From contig JAGLPV010000012.1 in the NCBI GenBank assembly GCA_023137195.1, positions 1 through 58,917 of the forward strand: a DNA stretch of 58,917 nucleotides, in the 5' to 3' direction. Below, piece after piece: positions 11,801-18,811 of this stretch. How positions within the stretch are numbered: position 1 is the stretch's first letter; every line of letters begins with the position of its first letter. The stretch is from Candidatus Aenigmatarchaeota archaeon. Lineage in GTDB: Archaea > EX4484-52. Both the position numbers and the translations under genes were made by a program. The notes beneath the pieces are model-generated. The model searched no databases, was not told where the DNA came from, and saw only the letters and a list, made by a program, of their open reading frames with translations.

Positions 11801-14800
11801 GAACTCCAGGATACCAGGAAAAAAAATATTTTTAATGAACTTAGCACCGGGAAAAAATTATTTTCGGAAATATTCAAGAGTGACAAAAAGTTTAAATTAG
11901 CAGACGATTTATTTGATGATCCTGATGTTGTAAGGACAGCATCTCTTTACTATTGGCCTAAATTATCTAACCTGCAAAAAAAATATCTGAAAAATATTTT
12001 GTTTGAATACAATAAAGGTCTAAAAAATGGACCAATTGCCGCAAAGAGCAGAGTCAACAAATACGTTCTTTCGCTTAGAGAAAATATTAATGAAATCAAA
12101 AGACTGCGTTCCGGATATGGTTATAATTTTGACGCACTGAAAAAAACAGAATTGATTACAAGCGTATCTGATGTTGCACAGATAGATATAAAACAGCAGG
12201 AAATAAATAGAAAAGTTAAGGATATAAACTCAATATTACAACACAGGGATATTGATTTAGAGTTCAACAAAGATGATTGCATTTCAAACCAAAATAAAAT
12301 AATTGATGAAATTAAAAAAACAAAGGATGCTGAGTTGATAGAGCCTATCAAAGTAATTCTGACTCAAATCAAAAATACCAATGAGAAGGAAATTAAGCCG
12401 CTAAAAAATAAAAGATCAGGGGATATTCATGTTTTTATAAGCAATGACTTTTTCAAATCAATAAACTCCGGAACTTATCTGAATTTATGTACTTCTCTTG
12501 TGGGCAAGGGCTTTTATAGAGATCAGGCTCTTATGTATTCGATAGAAGAAAACAAGCAGATAGCGCATCTAACTTACAATAACACTGTTGTCTCAATGAG
12601 ATATTTATTTTTAACGAGAGAAGGGATTTTAGCTACTCGTTCTTATAATGGAGGGATGAATTACGATTTTGAAAGTATCTGGGCGGACTTCTTTTTGGAA
12701 TTAAGTCAGAATAGTGGGAAAGATATTTATTTTAGTTCAGGAGAAAGCAAGTCTTTTATGAACGCCAGTGCAGCTAAAAATGGAATTTTTCAAAGACCGC
12801 AAATAAAAAATCATTTAATTGACAAGGTTATATTTAGTAAAGTTTATGATGATTATGGTATAGTTGATAGAGATGCTGTAGAGAAATTGCGAATCGTTGG
12901 CTCTTCATCAATTAAAGCATATAAGCACAAGTATGTTATAAAAGCGAAAACTGAAAAACAAGAACAGAAAAAGTCATTCTTTGGGCGCATGTTAGAAGGA
13001 AGAACAGGCAGTATGCGATCTTTTGGTTCCGGAGGAAATTCAGATAAAAAAGCCAAAACCTACGAAGAAGTAATAGATGAATTAAGAAAAGGAAAATTCA
13101 TGGACTTTAGGGAAGAAAAGGCTCCTTTTCTGGTTAAGGCACTTGAACATGAAAATCCAAGTGTCCGCGATACTGCTGTCAATGCAATTATAATAACTAC
13201 ACTTAGAATAAAAACAAAAACAGCAACGATAAATCCTTTAATTATATTATTGGGGAATAAAGATCCTATCTTACGTAAAAGAAGTCTTCATGTGATTGGA
13301 ATGTTGTCAGAAAAACTTCCTGTCAAAAAAATAGATGAAATGATACCTGCAATTAATCCTTTGTTAATATTGCTCAGAAAAGAAAAAAATAAAGATGTGC
13401 TCCTGGCGGTAATTAAAACAACAGGACAAATTGCAGGGCGTCTTTCGCGCGAAAAACTATTTGAAATAGTCCCTGCAATAAATCTTTTAATTCCTCATAT
13501 TGGTAACAAATATTTCTGCGAGGATGTTTTAGAAACATTCGACTCACTCGCAGAAAGACTCCCTGAAGACAAAAATGATAAGATGATTCCTGTGATTAAT
13601 CCAATATTGGATTATATGAATTCAAACAAAGAAGCAGATTCATCTACTTGTGTGAAGTGCGTACAATTGTTGGGCAGTATTGCAAAAAAAATTCCTGAAG
13701 AGAAATATGATAAGATATGCCCTGCAATTAGGTCTTTGATTGGTCTGCTTGAAAATACTCACGAATGGGTTGTTGATGAGTCTACTAGCACACTCGAGTT
13801 CATGGCAAAAAACACAAAGAGTCGGAAAGATAAAAACAAGAGATTATTCTTAAATGAAGTTTATCCTTATTTTGAAAATAATGTAAGAACAGCAGTAAAA
13901 GAAATTAAAGATGCCGTAGGAGAAGATACTGAATTACTGATAACTCTCCTGAAAACAACACAAAACCTGAAGAAGTTAAGAATAAACAAGCCGGAAGAGA
14001 TACTCTCTTTTTTATCAAAAACAAAAAACAAGTCTCTTATCAACTCTATAAAAAATAATTCCAACCAAATACTACCGGATGCAGTAATAAACCGCATAAA
14101 TACTCTTTCTTCTCCAAAGGACAAAGTCAGGGCATTAAGTTTATTGGACAAAACCAGTTTACAAATAGATGCAATAAAAAAATCAACTGAAAAAGGAGCA
14201 TCTAAATATTTTGATGAACTAGGGGGGATGCCGGACAAGGATTCTTTTGTTGCACTTGAAGGAATAAATCCTACAGATGAAAATATTTCTTTTGGTGTTG
14301 AAAACTGGTTGAATAAGGAGAGAAAGGCATCAGGCATTACTGGAGAGAGCAGAAAAAAAGCTTCTTTATTTTTCAGGAAACACAAGGATATGCCTGATGG
14401 AGTATTGCCGCAGGTGCTGGCTCTTATTCAGAGAGGCGTTCATGAAGAAGAAATACATAATCGGTTAAGATATGTAGAAGAAATTAAATTTCTGGAAAAT
14501 CATAACATTACTGTTTCAAAAAATAATATCTCTTTTCTGTTTAGGAATAAAAAATATTTAACCAAATTGAGTGAGGATAAAATAGTAGAAATGTTAGAGG
14601 AAAAACAGGAAAAATACAGGAAAAATACAAAAGAAAATCTTCAAAAGCTTAGGAGAGAAAATATTTTCGATGAACTTAACACAGGGAAAAAAATATTTTC
14701 AGAAATTTTTAAAGATGATAGAAAGTTTAAATTAGCAAATGGTATGTTTGATGACCTGGATGCAGTAAAAACAGCCGCCCTTTATTTTTCAGATAAATTA

Positions 14801-17800
14801 ACAGAGTTACAGAGAAAACATCTGAAAAATATTTTATCTGAATACAATGAAGGTCTGAAAGCGAATGAGAAAAGGGCAAATATCAGAGTCAACAAATATG
14901 TTTTGTCGCTTAGAGAAAATATCGTGGAATCCGGAAGACTGCGTTCTTATGGCTATAATCTGGATGCACTGAAAAAAACAGAATTAACTACAGGTGCATC
15001 CGATATTGCGCAGACGAATATAAGGCAGGAAGAGATAAACAAAAGAATCAATGAAATAAATGGGGTGCTCCAAAATAAAAATATTGATTTGGAGGAGGAT
15101 AAAGAAGATTACATTTCAAATCCGGAAAAAATAATTGATGAACTCGGGAGGAATACAAAAGATGCTGAATTAATAAATCATATTACAGAAATTCTGAATC
15201 AAATAAAAGACATCAATGAAAAGGAAATAAAGCCGCTAAAAAATAAAAAATCAGGAGATATCTGTGTTTTTGTGAGCGATGATTTTTTCAAGTCAATAAA
15301 TTTTGGAACATATTTTGATATATGTACTTCTCTTGATGATGGAGGGTACAGAGAGTCTGCGCTGGTATATGCTGTGGAAGAAAACAAGCAAGTGCTATAT
15401 CTGACATACAATAAAACTATTGTTTCGATGAGAGTGTTGCTTTTGACAAGAGAATCTATTTTAAGCACTATTTCTTATAATAGAGGGATGAATTATAATT
15501 TTGAAAATATCTGGGCGGACTTTTTTTTGAAACTATGTCGAAACAGCAGGAAACCCGTTTGTTTTAGTTCAAGGGAAGGACGGTCTTTTAAACACGCTTT
15601 AGAGAATAAAAGTGAAAATATTATTAAATCAAAGAGCAGTACTCATGTAATTGACAGAGTAATATTTGATAATTTTTATGATGATTACTCTCAAGGGACG
15701 ATAAATATTGATGGTTATTCACTACATAAAACAAAAACATACGATCATGATTTTATTCTGATGAAGGGAACTCCTAAAAAACAAAAAAAGCCATTGTTTG
15801 GAAAATTGTCCAGCATGTGGAAACCAGAGGATTCTGATAAATACGAAGTTCAGGAAAAGGAAAAGGAAAATGTTGCAAAAACTTCTGATGCTCTTTTGGA
15901 AGATGAATATAAAGATATAGAAGGAGCAGTAAATTCAACTTTAGATAGTTCTACTGGTAGAAAATTGAAAACACATAAAGGCGGGTCACGTTTCGGAAGT
16001 ATATTCAGCACTAAAAAACAGTCCATCCGTGAAAAATACAATAAAATTACCGAAGAACTGAAACATAAAATGTACTATTATGGAGGCGATGAAGAAGATA
16101 TTCTTTTATTGACCAAAGCACTTGAAGACACAAATCCACAGGTACGTCCAAACGCCGCTAAGGCATTAGGAGAGGCAGCACAAAGTCTGTCGGAAGACAA
16201 AAAAGAAATACTCTCAACAATCAATCCTTTGATTGAATTATTGGTGTCTAAAGATGCCTTCTTGGGTACAAGTGCAGGTTATGCAATTGAAAAAATAGGC
16301 GTACCTACAATGCCATTCCTGGTTGATGAACTGCGGAAAAAGAACAAAGACATGTGCTTAAAAGTGGCATGGCTGATTGGAAAAATATCAGAAGATATTC
16401 CTGACAAATACACAGATAGATTAATCCCTACAATTGAGCCTTTAATCAAATTGCTGGACAACAAACATTCTGACATGCGAGGGAGAGCGGCATGGACTCT
16501 TGGAAAGATAGCAGAAGTTCTCCCGGAAAATAAAGCAAGTTGTATGAGACCAGCGGTTGAACCGTTGAAAAGACTGCTCGAAAGTAAAACAGAATACGAG
16601 CAGGATAATGCTAAGGAGGCACTTTTGAAAATATCAGGAAGGCTTCGTGGTAAAGTGTCTCACGAAGGGCAGAGTATGAAAGGCGTATCGAATAAATCGG
16701 AATCAGAAGATAATAGTGTTGAGGAAGAGGATAATGCAAAGTTGCTTGGTGCTTTTGTAGATAGTGATTCCTGGAAAAAGAGAACATTTGTTAATGAAGT
16801 GATGAAGACACCGGAAGGAGAGGATTTTGAAAAAAATGATATAAATTCTGGTTTTAGTGCATCTGTACATGGAGTAAAAAAAGGAGATCAAGAGATTGTA
16901 GTGAAAGAGATTGAGTTTGGAAGTAAAAAGCCCAATATATTTCAAAAGATAAAAAAAAAATGGAAAGAGCCTTCAAAAATAGCGAATCTTGTACTAGAAA
17001 GAGTCAATGATGAAGTAAAGGGGAAATACAAGCCCATACGGAGGAATTCTTCAAAAGAGGAATATTTAATACAAATAAAAGTCCATAATATCCTTCCTCA
17101 TAATACGCCCGGTGCCTGGGATTATGATAAAAAAAATAAAAAAATCCTGATGGATGTAATTCCAGGGAGGGTGCTTAGAAAGCTATATTCTGAACTGGAA
17201 AATAAACCGGAACTTGTTGCTGATCTTGGAAAGATTGTTTCGACGTTGAATAATAATAATATTTTTCATGGAGATTTGAATCAGAATAATGTAATGCTGG
17301 ATGATAATAATGTCTGGCAATTGATTGATTTTGGAAGCACAAAAGAAATAATTGAAAATACGAAAGATAAGGCAGAATACCAGAAAAATGACATTCATAA
17401 AGTTACAAGATATTTTTCAAAAAAATTAAAATCAGTTTTTTTTGAATCTTATGTCAAAGAGATGAATTTTAGAAATATAGTAGCTTCTTTTGAAAATGAA
17501 GAAATAGATTCTTCAGATGCCGTAGTGTGGCTTGATTTTTTTAAATATCTGGATAAAAATATGTGGACTTCCCCGGAAGAAGTTAAAATACATTTGCGGA
17601 AAATTATAGGGGTATTTGAAAAAGAAGCAGAGACTGAGAAACAAAAGTCATTCTTAGGCATACCATATAAATCAAGAAAAGCTATGGTCGGATTGCCTGT
17701 CAAAAAGTCTGATGCCAACTATGATGAACTCATGCGTAAATTAAAAGCAGGGGAAACTGATGGCTATGAAGTAAATGATCTGCCTGCATTAAGTAGAATA

Positions 17801-18811
17801 TTAGAGGAAGAAGCATCTCCTCAAACATTTCTTCCTGAACAAAAGGGTTTGAATAAAACTCAGATAGATTTTCTCAACTCTCTAAAACCAGCAGGGAAAG
17901 GTATATTACAGCACAATGCATTGTTTAATAATACTGCTGAGGCACTTAGAAATATATTAGAAAGTCTCTCCGGAGGTATAGAGAAATCTCCTAAATATGT
18001 AAGAGAAAGTATAATGGGTGCAATTGAACCATTGCGCAAAAACATAAAACCAAACTCTGCATGTGTCGCTAACTCTATAAAAACGCTCAGGAGCATAGCA
18101 AAAGTCATTCCTGAAGATTATATGGATAAACTGACTCCTTTAATAAAAGACATATGTGCGGTATTGGAGGATTTTAAACCACATGTACGTTCAGATGCTG
18201 CGGGGCTGCTGTATTACATTTCAAAAAAACTTCCGGAATATAAAAAGAAATGTATGGAAGATGCAATTGAACCTTTGATTAAAGGACAGGGAGATAAAGA
18301 TATGTTTGTTCGCAGGAATTGTAGTAATGCGCTTGAAAGCATAGGCGAACTTGCGGTTCCTTGCCTTAAAAAAGCACACATAGATGCGGAGAAGAATCTG
18401 GTCGATAAATATGGTGTTCGCAGTGACATAGAAGCATTAAAGAAGGAGAAGAAGAAAGGAGTGGTGTCTGAAGAGGATGTTGCATATAAGATTCCCCGCC
18501 AGAATCCCGAAATAAAATCTTATATGAATATTGCTGAGAACTCTGAAAGTTTGATTAAGAAGATAAAGGAATCAAAGAAGATTCCTGCAGAAGAAGTACC
18601 GGAAAATGCAGAAAATGTTACTGAAGGTTTTCCGGAAGGATTGACTAAAAGAAAAAGGATCGGATTGGTAAATACAAAACTGCCTGATTTTTTTGGAGGT
18701 TCAAAAAGCCAAAATCCAGAAGTATATAATCAGATTAGAGGAGGTAAAAATACAGAGGAAAAGTTAGAAGAATTAATTGAAAGTACAAAAAAAGTAATAA
18801 AAAAAATATGA
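2831..18811 (+). CDS. Giant multidomain protein 1 (5326 aa): HEAT-like repeats, three copies of a ~900-aa module ending in a Cys-containing domain, HExxH metallopeptidase motif, protein-kinase-like domain
   Basis: Uninterrupted 16-kb ORF; ATG 2831 preferred for TATA spacing. HEAT-like IGEPAIDPLIKALGD and ALEDENEQVRERV; HELIH at 9674; HGDLNQNN at 17267 and DFG at 17327. Confidence 0.9.
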   Translation: MVKFSVKELLEELRKAGDVLDNIEKGDLTDEQKGKLQNIYGELASVENSVKKDGGEIDIGTIQEVCDEIKIVDDSNYRHKKYLLEGIPVNTAKEHEIMNGYFRYLKEGSKIPEGKKIFDLIEKYRLMSTFPSFDEREEDARRDYIEKLRGYVFSPGKYRDAQKEKGIFALVGKYGKLRNESTHDEIGERKRRKSLGDTVEKVHKLLGGSRSSEKVVDDSRMWYENPGGEVTSVRKNGFLGGVAKKVGAIGGLLTTRTGGAFPNFGRKKKNTEYEEAVTQSGRTEPDESKSLQEETLKRGNKKAFSGLGLGLFGGKSDPCYEIIKRLKNRELEWLGEKDIPCLIKALDYEKEGISKVAISTLADIGEPAIDPLIKALGDKKIILCKNATLTLINIESYLPKNKKTRLFPAINPLIGILEYGYRKAVPNTRNLLWKCVYSPSVYRLSKISEYKSVCSPAVNLLCKIAECLPKNKKDRLIPVIHPLMKCFEAEVLHLDDTCLKMLELVGEPAIEIYIKTTFRHWDLQEDTLQSIERFEKRGIPVSKLLINALEDENEQVRERVVLLLKNNELKTFVKEAYSYFKNNIKSTERQIKEWAGEKKDKLITILRITQSLKRLNIENSEEIISYLLKTKNKTLIESICKNTDQILSGAVINRINTLSSPKDKVNALSLLNKSILQVDAIKKVTEKRASEYFNELGEMPDKDSFVALKGMNPPDENISFGVENWLNNKRKASDISEESRKKASLFFRKHKDMPDGVLPQVLDLVGRGVPEEQIPARLRYVEEIKFLEKHNFTASKKNISFLFKNKKKFSRLNEEKIVSKLEEKQERHKKGIEENLQYLKKQNVFNELNTVKKAFSEIFKDEKKYKLANNKFDDPDVVKVAGFYFSGKLTKLHRKHLKNVLSEYNEGLKTNEKKAKSRVNKYILSLKENVRESRKLRSYGYDLDALKKTELTTSASDIFQKSIKQEEINKRINEIKGILQNKNIDLVVGKGDCISNQNKIIDELKEKTKDAGLIEHIREILKQIRDINEKEIKPHKNKKSGDIRVFVSDDFFRSINFGTYFNVCTSLDDGESRDTALVYAMEENKQVLYLTYNKTIVSARNLLLTRGCILSTVSYNRGMNYNFENIWADFFLKLSKNSRKPICFSSREGDSFKRALENKSENIIKSESTTNIIDKVIFDEFYDDHEEINFNGHSSHKIETDKDFILRDGTPKKQKKPSLIKKLFEKKSGTLVGGTSHKLGKEDYDKYEDSVVKTDEKDALLDGEFKDIKDVVDSNPGESKKIQGETTGKKSFIPDVLKKLTKSKSALPSLGREKKNAEPECVPKEKKQSNPLLNFRKKRIPQEDEILHLIESMDTADVGSRFHDPSDKLFHIGKPAIPYLIEALKDKRVIVAKLSAKLLVKMGKPAIAKIEEFLEEGKITMDFVLPVYVKSGYVLGDMRKLYEKFCHEKSQKPINLNLNYESNKEQLNKNIPEPKYGGLLYKHSLEKYPVMVDLFSHVMIKDVKTIFLYKTYLDINKPNKRDTTSFQSALYLLCILCDKNVISPDKTDELLQTLFCNNKPENWMENNVLPVVEQSLKDKNINISKLKWKDKLIECIVLEGGSRHSLKENPKIIKKNINYILDKIEKCNKGNFLLNLCFASILGYYERDLIHKTINYILSKMTLWNKSFIIIDSYDPEPMNGVKMHGSIFSMPSEIGHMVHLAVDHPVTLLHKLQESEIADRIISSINTNGKIILKTDLALEYIHAIYEYGQILDKRLDNDKLNKILREFDGNIHTLSKANIFYIGLIRKQKTRHETESYALSTRAKIDMIEKYMSKKEPDAIAGILSIVSNLKTFNNIAPLSEKQLRSNSQAHLFAERVAVEFTINIALAFYDNGYSVGVLSYVQHRSVEYILENTNMDGSRDWESVFETIYEINPAQIKRWVNEGIKKREITKGNIYMEKTPLEDIEKMLENSVERPKDIVENYKRSRQFEGGFETVKDVRDADLGDPMDVRQLMKTSVVPPLEKPGKERLMAQEEAVKKLEKVREKNPRMYGDAFEELQRKVPRYEGMNVVEEEEKVESNGFFNRAFEKLKNPKSLLPSPGRENHEQEPPSDENSLKKEKRVFEKREVEYAPEIVLPDKEGNGSAYMFKSPEMLNKYNTVRKDVEKKYEELLKIVKNIRTDKNSREKLAQLFRENKYSTILSNDFKDCYYLLDGRANRKSNAIEIALKKIENKRAIKLIPCCVVVPYMTWIDLCRKLYVKDSVYDTNGMCFYLRRTNTSILFLRESLFNILPINTKTIIHELIHSLYNIVSQTENIVKNSNGRALIDETIAGRIGGVSFNDIEKILVKYYIDYYEIKEKEKFEKQIHEKLIPVAKYLDKNYPRQFFDVMARARSIDELWDAFRDKVGKSSGLFSGLLKPFSKKASGRITEGEGQRNVKGEVNFNGDLSGEVVSGEKKKSILKNVAEKFGKKKKNTEHEDIIRAVTQSDKTEPEESNSKSSTPNKKAFSRLGLGLFGGKSEKTDPCNEIIKRLKNRELEGLGERDIPYLIKALDYEKQGISRVAVSILEGIGEPAIDLLIIALKDKKPILRENATWALRRIGSDLPKNKKSRLIPVINPLIGILKYKYHTACYHAVNLLGTISECLPKNKKDRLFPAIHPLMNCFEEGVLKPDDRSLRMLESIGEPAIEALIKTVSRHKGGLWEELFDTIEESEKRGIPVSKLYINALGDENEQARERVAWSLERIAGDDDNRLFLKEAYSYFRNNIKSAERQVREWAGEDKDKLITILRITQSLKRLDIENPREMISYLLKTENRTLIESIFNNTNQTLPDGVIKRINMLSSPKDKIKALCLLDKNNLRRDAIKEETEEKSSMYFDKKKGIASDDPRLAIEDDFFNKQKIALATENSLKEKENISKEDRRKASDFFERYPDIPNGALKQVLNFIRKGIPEEEIPDRLTHVDEIAFLEEHNISLSKENMSFLCSKKGKLSDEKIVETLMEKQENREISGELQDTRKKNIFNELSTGKKLFSEIFKSDKKFKLADDLFDDPDVVRTASLYYWPKLSNLQKKYLKNILFEYNKGLKNGPIAAKSRVNKYVLSLRENINEIKRLRSGYGYNFDALKKTELITSVSDVAQIDIKQQEINRKVKDINSILQHRDIDLEFNKDDCISNQNKIIDEIKKTKDAELIEPIKVILTQIKNTNEKEIKPLKNKRSGDIHVFISNDFFKSINSGTYLNLCTSLVGKGFYRDQALMYSIEENKQIAHLTYNNTVVSMRYLFLTREGILATRSYNGGMNYDFESIWADFFLELSQNSGKDIYFSSGESKSFMNASAAKNGIFQRPQIKNHLIDKVIFSKVYDDYGIVDRDAVEKLRIVGSSSIKAYKHKYVIKAKTEKQEQKKSFFGRMLEGRTGSMRSFGSGGNSDKKAKTYEEVIDELRKGKFMDFREEKAPFLVKALEHENPSVRDTAVNAIIITTLRIKTKTATINPLIILLGNKDPILRKRSLHVIGMLSEKLPVKKIDEMIPAINPLLILLRKEKNKDVLLAVIKTTGQIAGRLSREKLFEIVPAINLLIPHIGNKYFCEDVLETFDSLAERLPEDKNDKMIPVINPILDYMNSNKEADSSTCVKCVQLLGSIAKKIPEEKYDKICPAIRSLIGLLENTHEWVVDESTSTLEFMAKNTKSRKDKNKRLFLNEVYPYFENNVRTAVKEIKDAVGEDTELLITLLKTTQNLKKLRINKPEEILSFLSKTKNKSLINSIKNNSNQILPDAVINRINTLSSPKDKVRALSLLDKTSLQIDAIKKSTEKGASKYFDELGGMPDKDSFVALEGINPTDENISFGVENWLNKERKASGITGESRKKASLFFRKHKDMPDGVLPQVLALIQRGVHEEEIHNRLRYVEEIKFLENHNITVSKNNISFLFRNKKYLTKLSEDKIVEMLEEKQEKYRKNTKENLQKLRRENIFDELNTGKKIFSEIFKDDRKFKLANGMFDDLDAVKTAALYFSDKLTELQRKHLKNILSEYNEGLKANEKRANIRVNKYVLSLRENIVESGRLRSYGYNLDALKKTELTTGASDIAQTNIRQEEINKRINEINGVLQNKNIDLEEDKEDYISNPEKIIDELGRNTKDAELINHITEILNQIKDINEKEIKPLKNKKSGDICVFVSDDFFKSINFGTYFDICTSLDDGGYRESALVYAVEENKQVLYLTYNKTIVSMRVLLLTRESILSTISYNRGMNYNFENIWADFFLKLCRNSRKPVCFSSREGRSFKHALENKSENIIKSKSSTHVIDRVIFDNFYDDYSQGTINIDGYSLHKTKTYDHDFILMKGTPKKQKKPLFGKLSSMWKPEDSDKYEVQEKEKENVAKTSDALLEDEYKDIEGAVNSTLDSSTGRKLKTHKGGSRFGSIFSTKKQSIREKYNKITEELKHKMYYYGGDEEDILLLTKALEDTNPQVRPNAAKALGEAAQSLSEDKKEILSTINPLIELLVSKDAFLGTSAGYAIEKIGVPTMPFLVDELRKKNKDMCLKVAWLIGKISEDIPDKYTDRLIPTIEPLIKLLDNKHSDMRGRAAWTLGKIAEVLPENKASCMRPAVEPLKRLLESKTEYEQDNAKEALLKISGRLRGKVSHEGQSMKGVSNKSESEDNSVEEEDNAKLLGAFVDSDSWKKRTFVNEVMKTPEGEDFEKNDINSGFSASVHGVKKGDQEIVVKEIEFGSKKPNIFQKIKKKWKEPSKIANLVLERVNDEVKGKYKPIRRNSSKEEYLIQIKVHNILPHNTPGAWDYDKKNKKILMDVIPGRVLRKLYSELENKPELVADLGKIVSTLNNNNIFHGDLNQNNVMLDDNNVWQLIDFGSTKEIIENTKDKAEYQKNDIHKVTRYFSKKLKSVFFESYVKEMNFRNIVASFENEEIDSSDAVVWLDFFKYLDKNMWTSPEEVKIHLRKIIGVFEKEAETEKQKSFLGIPYKSRKAMVGLPVKKSDANYDELMRKLKAGETDGYEVNDLPALSRILEEEASPQTFLPEQKGLNKTQIDFLNSLKPAGKGILQHNALFNNTAEALRNILESLSGGIEKSPKYVRESIMGAIEPLRKNIKPNSACVANSIKTLRSIAKVIPEDYMDKLTPLIKDICAVLEDFKPHVRSDAAGLLYYISKKLPEYKKKCMEDAIEPLIKGQGDKDMFVRRNCSNALESIGELAVPCLKKAHIDAEKNLVDKYGVRSDIEALKKEKKKGVVSEEDVAYKIPRQNPEIKSYMNIAENSESLIKKIKESKKIPAEEVPENAENVTEGFPEGLTKRKRIGLVNTKLPDFFGGSKSQNPEVYNQIRGGKNTEEKLEELIESTKKVIKKI
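3620..6480 (+). repeat. Giant-gene module copy 1 (linker + HEAT + helical + Cys domain)
   Basis: FGRKKKNTE...KKAFSGLGLGLFGGKS...GTPKKQKKP; homologous to 10178-12975 and 13056-15793. Confidence 0.9.
9150..9990 (+). other. Zincin-like metallopeptidase domain in giant protein 1
   Basis: TNGMCF...TIIHELIHSLY followed about 23 aa later by IDETIA (candidate third zinc ligand, gluzincin-like). Confidence 0.6.
10178..12975 (+). repeat. Giant-gene module copy 2
   Basis: FGKKKKNTE...KKAFSRLGLGLFGGKS...SINSGTYLNLCTSL; N-half highly similar to copy 1. Confidence 0.9.
13056..15793 (+). repeat. Giant-gene module copy 3
   Basis: Divergent HEAT block, then AVINRINTLSSPKDKV...SINFGTYFDICTSL...GTPKKQKKP, nearly identical to the C-half of copy 1. 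Confidence 0.9.
16780..17470 (+). other. Protein-kinase-like domain in giant protein 1
   Basis: SGFSASV (Gly loop), IVVKE (Lys), ILMDVIPG (hinge), HGDLNQNNVML (catalytic loop), LIDFGS. Confidence 0.85.
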
